Shown here piece after piece: positions 30,844-38,629 of a stretch of 64,000 bases of DNA; position 1 is the stretch's first letter, and each line of letters opens with the position of its first letter. This DNA comes from an uncultured Acidobacteriota bacterium (GTDB lineage: Bacteria; Acidobacteriota; UBA6911). The notes beneath the pieces are model-generated. The model saw only the letters and a list, made by a program, of their open reading frames with translations, ran no database searches and was not told where the DNA came from. The stretch covers positions 87,975 through 151,974 of the forward strand of contig CAZDMR010000001.1 in the NCBI GenBank assembly GCA_964506795.1. The letters run 5' to 3'. The position numbers and the translations under genes are program-made.

Positions 30844-32424
30844 GTGTGGAAAACCTATTGGAAATTCATCCGCGCCCTGGCGGTCAACCGTTTGGGAAAA
30901 ATCGGCGTCCTTTTGGCTGCGTTGTCTTTTGTCATTTTCCTTCTACTCGAAGCCGCCCGTATCGCCGGCATCCTAAGGAGCGCCCGCATAGGATTGATGA
31001 CTTACATGGCGTTGCCGGCGCTCTTTATCATTGGATTGCTGCTTATTCCTTTAGGATGGGACCTGCTCCGGCGGCGGACCGGCGGGACGGTTTTACAGCT
31101 TCTCAACCGGAAGTTTGACAGCTCCGAACTGGAGGGCGGCTTTTTCGGTTCCAAGCTGGTTCTCAAGGCGGGCTTCCTCACGCTGGTCGGCCTCTTGTTC
31201 GTGATATTTGCGGGCGCCCGGATGCTTTCATTTATGGACCAGCCGCGTTTCTGCGGAACCGCGTGCCACAGCGTCATGAACCCTGAATGGGTGACTTTCC
31301 AGCAATCGCCCCACGCCAGTATTCGCTGTGTGGATTGCCATGTGGGAGAGGGCGTCGATGCGCTGGTAAAGAGCAAATTAAACGGGCTTTGGGAAATCCT
31401 ATCCGTGACATTGGACCTTCTGGAACGTCCGATTCCGACGCCTATTCACCAGCTGCGCCCGGCCCGCGAAACTTGCGAGAAATGCCACTGGCCGGATAAG
31501 TTTTATGGGACCCGGCTGAAGACCTACACTCGCTATCGCACGGACGAAGCGTCGACGCCAAGCTATACAACGTTAATGCTGAAGATCGATACGGGGAAGA
31601 AAGGCGAAAAAGCCGGGATTCACTGGCACATCGGCCCCACAAATCAGATCCGCTATTCTTCGGTGGACGATGAACGCGAAAAAATAATCCGCGTTGAAGT
31701 CCTTGAGCGCAGCGCCGTCCGCAAGCGTTTCTATAATTCCGAATTGGCCGGCGCCGACGGCGGGCTCGACAACGACATGCGCGTCATGGACTGCGTGGAT
31801 TGCCACAATCGCGCGACCCATATTTATGAGGATCCCGAGCAGGCGCTGGATGAGCGGATCTCCGCGGAACGGGTCGGCCGGAATCTGCCCTTTATCAAGA
31901 GAGAAGCGCTCAGGGTCCTCACCAATGATTATCCCGATAAGGAAGCGGCAATGGCGGCCGTTGAAAGGCAGATCAAAAGCTTCTACCGCCGCTATTATCC
32001 GGAGCTGGCGGCATCGGAAGCGGCAAATATCGAGACATCCATCCGGACGCTGCAATCGATATACGGGCGCAACATTCACCCGGAAATGAATATTGAATGG
32101 GGAAGCTACTCCAATCACATCAACCATGATAAAAACGGAGGCTGTTTCCGCTGCCATAATGAAAACATGGTGTCCGACGACGGGGAACATATCTCCTATG
32201 AATGCACGTCCTGCCACTCCTTCCTGGCCTACGGTGAATCCGATCCCCTGAAGTACCTCATGCCGGTCCGGACTCGCGACCGCGAATCCGAAATGCACCG
32301 GTATTTGCGCGAAGAATTTCTAGACGGCTACGCCAAATACCGCGCGCGGCCGAGAATCCGAATCCACCCGAATTGTCTGTTGTTTCTCCGTCAAAGGCCG
32401 TGTTCGATAAGACGGCTTACTTAA
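30844..32424 (+). CDS. Membrane-anchored hexahaem cytochrome c: a NapC/NirT-like tetrahaem module plus a C-terminal dihaem extension
   Basis: 2-3 N-terminal transmembrane helices and 6 CxxCH motifs. The first four have NapC/NirT-like spacing (CGTACHS, CVDCHV, CEKCHW, CVDCHN). Two more follow (CFRCHN, CTSCHS). Confidence 0.8.
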   Translation: MWKTYWKFIRALAVNRLGKIGVLLAALSFVIFLLLEAARIAGILRSARIGLMTYMALPALFIIGLLLIPLGWDLLRRRTGGTVLQLLNRKFDSSELEGGFFGSKLVLKAGFLTLVGLLFVIFAGARMLSFMDQPRFCGTACHSVMNPEWVTFQQSPHASIRCVDCHVGEGVDALVKSKLNGLWEILSVTLDLLERPIPTPIHQLRPARETCEKCHWPDKFYGTRLKTYTRYRTDEASTPSYTTLMLKIDTGKKGEKAGIHWHIGPTNQIRYSSVDDEREKIIRVEVLERSAVRKRFYNSELAGADGGLDNDMRVMDCVDCHNRATHIYEDPEQALDERISAERVGRNLPFIKREALRVLTNDYPDKEAAMAAVERQIKSFYRRYYPELAASEAANIETSIRTLQSIYGRNIHPEMNIEWGSYSNHINHDKNGGCFRCHNENMVSDDGEHISYECTSCHSFLAYGESDPLKYLMPVRTRDRESEMHRYLREEFLDGYAKYRARPRIRIHPNCLLFLRQRPCSIRRLT

Positions 32425-33763
32425 CGCTTAAAACCAGAGAAGCGCTGTTAACCGGACGCGGTTCGCAGGAGTAGGAGGGAAGTTCCATCAGTTTGGCCAC
32501 GGAACTGGGCACCAGGCTGTAATAAAGCGTCGCCGATATGTTTACTTGCTGCGCGGAAAGCTCCTTGGGAACATTCCATGTATAGGTTTCCACTTTGGTT
32601 TCCATCGGCCCTATGCGATAGTCGATTTCGTTGTTTTTCGCCGTGAACCATTGGCAAATGGTCATCCGGCCCTGCGGATCGAAATACGGCCGCCGGAAAA
32701 TGCGGGATCCGTCAGGCACGTCCCCGTCGCGGAGAACTCCTTTATATCCGGGCGCGTCCATGATTTCTCCCATGGCCTGGTAGGCGAGGGCGTTGGAATC
32801 AGCGATGGTGAACTCTTCGCCGGGGAACCCTTTCTTATCAACGGGAATGCGATAGACGCGGCCCTCATGGTCCTTTCCTTGGACCTCCAGCCACAGCATC
32901 CTTTCTTCAGAGGATCCCGAGGGGATAAAGTGCCCGGCTTTGCCGTTATAAAGCACGGCCCGGATTACGACTTTGGACCCAGCCTTCACTTCGCTTTTGT
33001 CTGCGTATAGCGCTAGGTCTACGCTTCCTTTCAACTTTTGGCTGAAATGGGGGCCGTGAAATACATGATGGGCGATATCGTCCCTTTGTTTTCCGCCGAC
33101 GGACGATTTGCCCGGAGCATGGTGCATATGGCAATCCTGGCACCTGATCCCCTGCCCGGCGTACGGACTCGCCTTCCATTCCCGATAGGTTTCCTTAACC
33201 CAGGCGCCGTAAGGACTTTTCTCGTCATGGCAGGTGGCGCACAACTCGGGGCTCGCCGTAAAAGCCGAATATTCTGTTTCGTGAAACCGCGATTCTGCGT
33301 CCTTGCGGACCCCGTATTTTGTTTTGCCGGGATTTACCGTATAGCTGAAGTTGAAAGGCTCTTTTCCCGAGGACCCCGTCATGCTGTGGCACACGTCGCA
33401 GCTGACCCCCTCGTTGACACGGGTGCCTGCGGCGGGCGGCTTCGGCGGGATGTCGCCGGTCAAAAAAGCGAGCGGTCCGTGGCAAGCAATGCAATCCGAT
33501 TTAACTCCGGCGACTTTTTCGAGCTTGAACGCATGGGGCAAAGCCAGCTTGAAATACTCTGCGTCATCCCACGGATGAGTAAAGGATTGGGACATCAGGC
33601 TCTGTTGCCACTCCTGATAAATTTCCTTGTGACAGGCGCCGCATTGCATCGGTTTGCTGAAATCGTCGTAGGCAAAGTCCGCCTTTTCCGCAGCCTGCCA
33701 GGAAGGCAGGCCTATAAAAATCAAGGCGGCCGCCAAACCGAATGACAGCCATGTCCTTTTCAT
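32417..33763 (-). CDS. Pentahaem c-type cytochrome, secreted
   Basis: A signal peptide (MKRTWLSFGLAAALIFIGLPSWQA) and 5 CxxCH motifs. The start at ATG 33763 follows GGAGGGGG. The 3-prime end overlaps the convergent cytochrome gene by 8 nt. Confidence 0.8.
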   Translation of the reverse strand: MKRTWLSFGLAAALIFIGLPSWQAAEKADFAYDDFSKPMQCGACHKEIYQEWQQSLMSQSFTHPWDDAEYFKLALPHAFKLEKVAGVKSDCIACHGPLAFLTGDIPPKPPAAGTRVNEGVSCDVCHSMTGSSGKEPFNFSYTVNPGKTKYGVRKDAESRFHETEYSAFTASPELCATCHDEKSPYGAWVKETYREWKASPYAGQGIRCQDCHMHHAPGKSSVGGKQRDDIAHHVFHGPHFSQKLKGSVDLALYADKSEVKAGSKVVIRAVLYNGKAGHFIPSGSSEERMLWLEVQGKDHEGRVYRIPVDKKGFPGEEFTIADSNALAYQAMGEIMDAPGYKGVLRDGDVPDGSRIFRRPYFDPQGRMTICQWFTAKNNEIDYRIGPMETKVETYTWNVPKELSAQQVNISATLYYSLVPSSVAKLMELPSYSCEPRPVNSASLVLSVK

Positions 33764-33830
33764 AATCCCCCTCCAAGGCTTGACCCGCATTATTCATGAA
33801 CCTTCTGCCGCGGTTCGCGGAATAAGCGGT

Positions 33831-35237
33831 TTAATCGATTCGCACCGCATCCCCGTAATGAGGAACGAGCACCGACAACCCTTTTTCTCTGGCGAGAAAT
33901 TCTCCGTACTTCGCCGCCGCTTCTTCCTCGCCGTGGGTGATGAATACGCGTTTCGGATTTGGCGTGATCGCGGAAAGCCATCTGACGAGCTCGTCCCTGT
34001 CCGCATGGCCGGAGAATCCGCCGATCTGGGCGATACGGGCACGGACGTCGTGATTGCGGCCGAAAATGCGGACGCTTTTGGCTCCGTCAAGAATATGCCG
34101 GCCGAGGGTGCCGATGGCCTGATAGCCGACAAACAGGATGGTGGATTCCGGCCGTTCAATGTTGTTGGAAATATGATGCTTGATGCGGCCGCCCGTGGCC
34201 ATGCCGGAGCCGGCGATGATCATGGAACTCTTTTTGAGGTAGTTGAGGCGCTTGGATTCGTCCGTAGTCTCGACCATCTTGAGGCCGGGGAAATCAAAGG
34301 GGGATCGGCCGGTTTTCAGAAAGTCCCTCATTTCCTTATCGAAGAGATACTCGTGGCGCTTGAATACCTCGGTAATCCGGATGGCCATCGGACTGTCCAG
34401 ATAGACGTCGAGAGGTCCGATGCGGCCCTTTATGAGCAGATCATTCAAATAGTAAAGGATCTCCTGCGCGCGCTGCAGGGCGAAGCTGGGGACGATGAGG
34501 TGGCCTCCGGCTTTAACCGTGCTTGTGACGATCTCGGCAAGCTCTTCGCCGACATCGCGGCCGTCCCTATGGTTTCGATCTCCATAGGTGGACTCGGTGA
34601 CTACGTAGTCGGGGCTGTGAAAAGTATGGGGATCTTCCAACATGGGCCGGTCCCAGCGGCCGATATCCCCTGAAAAGATGATGCTGCGTTCATCCACGCC
34701 TTCTCTAATGACGATCTTGATCATGGAGGAGCCGAGAACATGGCCTGCATCATGGAATGTCGCTGTGACCCCTTCCGCGACAGCGACCGGAACGTCGTAA
34801 TCAACGGTCTCGAAGAAAGGGAAAGTCCGCTCGGCGTCTTCAGAAGTATAAAGAGGAACTTCCGGGTGCGGACCCCGGCGGCCTTCACGAAGGTGCCGTT
34901 TCTTCTTGTAGGCGGCGTCTTCTTCCTGGAGTTTTGCGGAATCCAGGAGGATTATTTTGGCGATGTCCCCTGTTGCGGGGGTGCAGATAATACGGCCTCT
35001 GAATCCCTCCGCCACCAGCTTTGGAAGCATTCCGCAATGGTCCAGATGGGCGTGTGTGACGAGAACAGCGGCGAGCTCCGATGGCGGAACGCGGAACTTT
35101 TCCCAGTTCCGATGCCGGAAGTCCCTTTCCTGATGCATGCCGCAGTCGACAAGGAATCGTACGTTTTCGGTTTCTAAGAGGTAGCGGGAGCCCGTCACGT
35201 TGCGGGCGGCGCCGCAGAAAGTCAGTGTTATGCTCAT
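33831..35237 (-). CDS. MBL-fold beta-CASP ribonuclease (RNase J / CPSF-like)
   Basis: The HxHxDH motif (THAHLDHCG) and beta-CASP motifs are present. The start at ATG 35237 follows AAGGATAG. Confidence 0.8.
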   Translation of the reverse strand: MSITLTFCGAARNVTGSRYLLETENVRFLVDCGMHQERDFRHRNWEKFRVPPSELAAVLVTHAHLDHCGMLPKLVAEGFRGRIICTPATGDIAKIILLDSAKLQEEDAAYKKKRHLREGRRGPHPEVPLYTSEDAERTFPFFETVDYDVPVAVAEGVTATFHDAGHVLGSSMIKIVIREGVDERSIIFSGDIGRWDRPMLEDPHTFHSPDYVVTESTYGDRNHRDGRDVGEELAEIVTSTVKAGGHLIVPSFALQRAQEILYYLNDLLIKGRIGPLDVYLDSPMAIRITEVFKRHEYLFDKEMRDFLKTGRSPFDFPGLKMVETTDESKRLNYLKKSSMIIAGSGMATGGRIKHHISNNIERPESTILFVGYQAIGTLGRHILDGAKSVRIFGRNHDVRARIAQIGGFSGHADRDELVRWLSAITPNPKRVFITHGEEEAAAKYGEFLAREKGLSVLVPHYGDAVRID

Positions 35238-35369
35238 GTCTCTATCCTTTGCGGCGCCCATCATAGCACAGCAACGCGCCGAAACCTAAAAATGGGCGAT
35301 GCGCGGAGGGAGACACGCCGACTCAATGCTTGCCTGCGCCGTCAACGGAAGAAAAACACGCCGGTCCCA

Positions 35370-36338
35370 TCAAAAGGGGCAGTATGTTTCACATAGGAAT
35401 TGGGAAATATCAGAAACGTTTGCGCTGCTGCCTGATGCCGCTTGCCTCAGGTTCACCAGGCATATGGGGCACATGGTGACGATGCGGTCCCCCACGGCGG
35501 TCAGCTGTTCCACGCGCTGCTTGGCGATTCTGTGTGCCTCGCTCGGGAACAGAGTTTCAACAGGGCCGCCGCAGCAGAATGTATTGCGGCCCGAATACTC
35601 CAAATCAGGAAGCCCGGCGCCGGCTTTGCGCAGCAAATCCCGAGGCTGCTCCACCATATCCTCATAACGCGCATAGACGCAGGAATCATGCACGACCACG
35701 TCGGCGTCCAGCTTGCGCAACGTGCTTAATTTGCGTTCCGCAAGAACTTCAATATAGCTTTGCACTTGCAGATTAAAATCCTCGACCGTCGACGGGAAAA
35801 CGCTTCTGAGCATATTTGTGGTGTGCGGATCCACCGTTATCACGCGCTTCACATTATGCTTTTTGAACAGTTGATGGACCTTGAGCGCATGTTCCTTGAA
35901 AGCGGCCATGATTCCTTCGTCGTAAGCCAGCGTCCCCAGATAGAGTTCCTCGTCGTACAAATAACCGAAATCAACGTCGGCCGCTCTCAGAAGGAGGGCG
36001 ATCTTGCGGAGCAATTCGTTGAATTCCGCCTCATCCTTTGAAGACACCATCAAAGGCGTCAACATTGAAAAATCGGCGATCTTGTTCGCAGCCCGCCCTA
36101 TTCCGGAGAGGCGGGTGATCGAGGAATTCTCAAACCGAGCCGTTAATTTCCCAAGGGCGAGAAGGGAAGGCATCAACTGATACATGTGGCCCGTATATAT
36201 AATCGTTCTGCCGCCGACGGGGATATCCAGTCCTTTAGCCCAAGCCGTCAGCGCCCGCGAGGGAAGCGGTAAAATACTCCCCCGCTTTCTCAGATTATCC
36301 GCCAGTATTCCCAGAATCGTTCCAGTCGGTAAAGGCAT
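35370..36338 (-). CDS. HdrB/GlpC-like CCG-domain protein (first CCG domain degenerate, second intact)
   Basis: The C-terminal CCG domain is intact (HDSCVYARYEDMVEQPRDLL...GRNTFCCGGP). The N-terminal repeat keeps the fold signature but has no Cys (TIIYTGHMYQLMP). Confidence 0.7.
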   Translation of the reverse strand: MPLPTGTILGILADNLRKRGSILPLPSRALTAWAKGLDIPVGGRTIIYTGHMYQLMPSLLALGKLTARFENSSITRLSGIGRAANKIADFSMLTPLMVSSKDEAEFNELLRKIALLLRAADVDFGYLYDEELYLGTLAYDEGIMAAFKEHALKVHQLFKKHNVKRVITVDPHTTNMLRSVFPSTVEDFNLQVQSYIEVLAERKLSTLRKLDADVVVHDSCVYARYEDMVEQPRDLLRKAGAGLPDLEYSGRNTFCCGGPVETLFPSEAHRIAKQRVEQLTAVGDRIVTMCPICLVNLRQAASGSSANVSDISQFLCETYCPF

Positions 36339-36340
36339 AG

Positions 36341-36649
36341 CTAAGTCTCTAAACTATATAACTTCCTATTGATATAACAGCGAAGGCATCTCACATTATC
36401 AGCGATGTGCACTTTCGCAGGGCAGTTTTCTTCGCACATTTTGCAGAGCAGACATGAAAAGACAGTCTCCGTGTTCTCTAAAATCTTGTCTTCCAAGCCA
36501 AGCAGTGCGTAACGAAACAAGCGCCTGGGAAGGAGATTGAATCCGACCGGGCAAACCGCGGTGCAAACTCCGCAGTGCATGCAGGCGGAAGCGTTGAAAT
36601 CTTCGGAACACTTCATTTCATCCAGAAACGATGAGTTTACTTTTGCCAT
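36341..36649 (-). CDS. HdrC-like 2x[4Fe-4S] ferredoxin
   Basis: CMHCGVCTAVCP and CLLCKMCEENCP motifs in 102 aa. Lies 2 nt upstream of the CCG protein. Confidence 0.8.
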   Translation of the reverse strand: MAKVNSSFLDEMKCSEDFNASACMHCGVCTAVCPVGFNLLPRRLFRYALLGLEDKILENTETVFSCLLCKMCEENCPAKVHIADNVRCLRCYINRKLYSLET

Positions 36650-36658
36650 GGTGGCTTT

Positions 36659-36907
36659 CTATTCCTTTTCCTTTGCCTGGTAAAAGCAGTAACCGTTTTC
36701 GTCCGGGTCCCCTTTTTCCTCCACAAGCCCGTATCTCCACATCCCCATTATCCACATCGTCACTTCGCGGGAAGGGGCTCCGAGAGTTTGCGCAATTTCC
36801 GGGATGGTCATTGCTTTTTTGTTGATGATAGAGAGGATGGCGTCTTTCATGACCATTTCATCTCTCATGATTTCGGAAATCTCGCGGTTTGTCTGATTAG
36901 TGCTCAT
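36659..36907 (-). CDS. Small (82 aa) winged-helix-like protein of unknown function inside the Hdr-like operon (DsrD-like fold is possible)
   Basis: The ORF is tightly packed between hdrA-like and hdrC-like genes, with 9-10 nt gaps on each side. It has a helix-turn-helix-like segment (IPEIAQTLGAPSREVTMWIMGMWRYGLVEE). Confidence 0.5.
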   Translation of the reverse strand: MSTNQTNREISEIMRDEMVMKDAILSIINKKAMTIPEIAQTLGAPSREVTMWIMGMWRYGLVEEKGDPDENGYCFYQAKEKE

Positions 36908-36916
36908 CGTATCTTC

Positions 36917-38629
36917 CTACGCTAATGCATCGATTGTCGCCGTGATCTGCTTATCCGTGTAACCCTTCAGATCAATGGCATCCTGGGGGCAGACCGGGAT
37001 ACAGGCCCCTCCGCCTTTGCATAGACTGCTGTCTATCCGGGCAACTTCCTTGTCTCCGGCGGCAATCTTCGTTATGGCATCATACTGGCAGGCGGCGACG
37101 CATTCGCCGCACCAGGTGCATTTTTCAGCATCCACTTCGGCGATAAAAGGATCGAGATCGACATAACCTTTCATCAATAACCCGGCGCTCTTGGAAGCGG
37201 CGGATAAGGCCGACGCAACACTTTCGGGCAGATTCTTTGGCCCCTGCGCGGTTCCGGCGATAAAAATTCCATCCACGACCGTTTCCACCGGCCTGAGCTT
37301 GGGATGGATTTCATTAAAGAAGCCGTCCTTGCCCACCGGCAATTTCAGAACATCGATGAGTTCTTCATTCTTTCTCGGAACCATGCCGACAACGAGCACC
37401 ACCATATCGGCGGGAATCTCCACATCCTCACCCGATAGAAGCCGATCCGATACGGTGACGCAAAGCTTTCCGTTCGCGCGTTTGACCACAGGCGGTTTAT
37501 CCGGCTCGTAACAGAGGAACGCGGATCCTTTGGCGCACGCTTCGTCGTAAAGCAGTTCATATTGGCCGTAGGTCCGCATATCCCGATAAAGGTGGAACTG
37601 ATGTATGTCCGGATCCGCCTTGTGAGCGCATAGCGCCGTGTGCACGGTGGTCGTACAGCAGTATCTGGAGCAGTAAAGGTTTTTCCCTCCTTCATTGGGA
37701 TTCTGCCTGCTTCCAACACAGTAGATATAGACGATGTCCTTAACGCGGCGGCCGTTATACATGATGGCGCCGTCGGATTTATCGATTAATTCGCGAAATT
37801 CCGGGAGCAACAGAACTCCCTCTTCGCCGTAGCCGTATTCCCCTTTGGCCGGCTGGTAAACCTCAAATCCGGTGGTAACGACGATGGCTCCCACATTCAG
37901 CTGCAACGAGTCGTTGTCCGGCAGTTTTATTTTTACGGCGAAATTGCCGATGCTGCCTTTCTTTTCCACGACCTCCGCGTTGGTAAAAACGGTTACGTTT
38001 TCGTTCCCGCTTATTTGTTCCTTCAGTTTTCCGATGATTTCGAATCCCAGCTTGTCGTGTGGGAACATTCTTCCCCACTTTGCCGTCCAACCGCCGACTT
38101 GCCCTGTTTTTTCAACAACAAACACATGCAATCCGAGATCGGCCAACGCCAAAGCGGAGCGCAATCCGGCGACTCCTCCCCCGACGACAAGCACCTTGGG
38201 AGTGGTCTCCATCCTAAAACTGCTGAGAGGTTCGCTGTTGCGGCATCGGGCGATACCCGCCCTGACAAGATGGATGCCTTTTTCGGTAGCGTGCTCGCGT
38301 TCCGCCCGATGAACCCAGGAGCATTGTTCCCTCAAATTAACCTGCACATACATATAGGGATTGAGCCCCGCCCGTTCAGCCGCGCCCCTGAACGTATACA
38401 GATGGAGCTTAGGAGAGCAGGAAGCAACCACCATGCCGTCCAGCTTTTCGGAATTGATATCGTCGATGATTTCTTGCTGCGCGGCGTCGGAACAGGTGAA
38501 CATGCTCGTTTTGGCGAGAACGACTCCCTCTTCGTTCTTGACCGCATCCCGCACTTTCTCCACGTCTACATAGTCCGAAATGTTTCCGCCGCAATGGCAG
38601 ATGTAAACGCCTATCCGTCTTTGATTCAT
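36917..38629 (-). CDS. hdrA: HdrA-like flavoprotein (N-terminal CxCG 4Cys cluster, FAD domain, C-terminal 2x[4Fe-4S])
   Basis: IGVYICHCGGNIS...CSPKLH matches the HdrA N-terminus. The FAD motif VLVVGGGVAGLRSA is present. C-terminal ferredoxin motifs are CTWCGECVAACQ and CKGGGACIPVCP. Confidence 0.75.
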   Translation of the reverse strand: MNQRRIGVYICHCGGNISDYVDVEKVRDAVKNEEGVVLAKTSMFTCSDAAQQEIIDDINSEKLDGMVVASCSPKLHLYTFRGAAERAGLNPYMYVQVNLREQCSWVHRAEREHATEKGIHLVRAGIARCRNSEPLSSFRMETTPKVLVVGGGVAGLRSALALADLGLHVFVVEKTGQVGGWTAKWGRMFPHDKLGFEIIGKLKEQISGNENVTVFTNAEVVEKKGSIGNFAVKIKLPDNDSLQLNVGAIVVTTGFEVYQPAKGEYGYGEEGVLLLPEFRELIDKSDGAIMYNGRRVKDIVYIYCVGSRQNPNEGGKNLYCSRYCCTTTVHTALCAHKADPDIHQFHLYRDMRTYGQYELLYDEACAKGSAFLCYEPDKPPVVKRANGKLCVTVSDRLLSGEDVEIPADMVVLVVGMVPRKNEELIDVLKLPVGKDGFFNEIHPKLRPVETVVDGIFIAGTAQGPKNLPESVASALSAASKSAGLLMKGYVDLDPFIAEVDAEKCTWCGECVAACQYDAITKIAAGDKEVARIDSSLCKGGGACIPVCPQDAIDLKGYTDKQITATIDALA

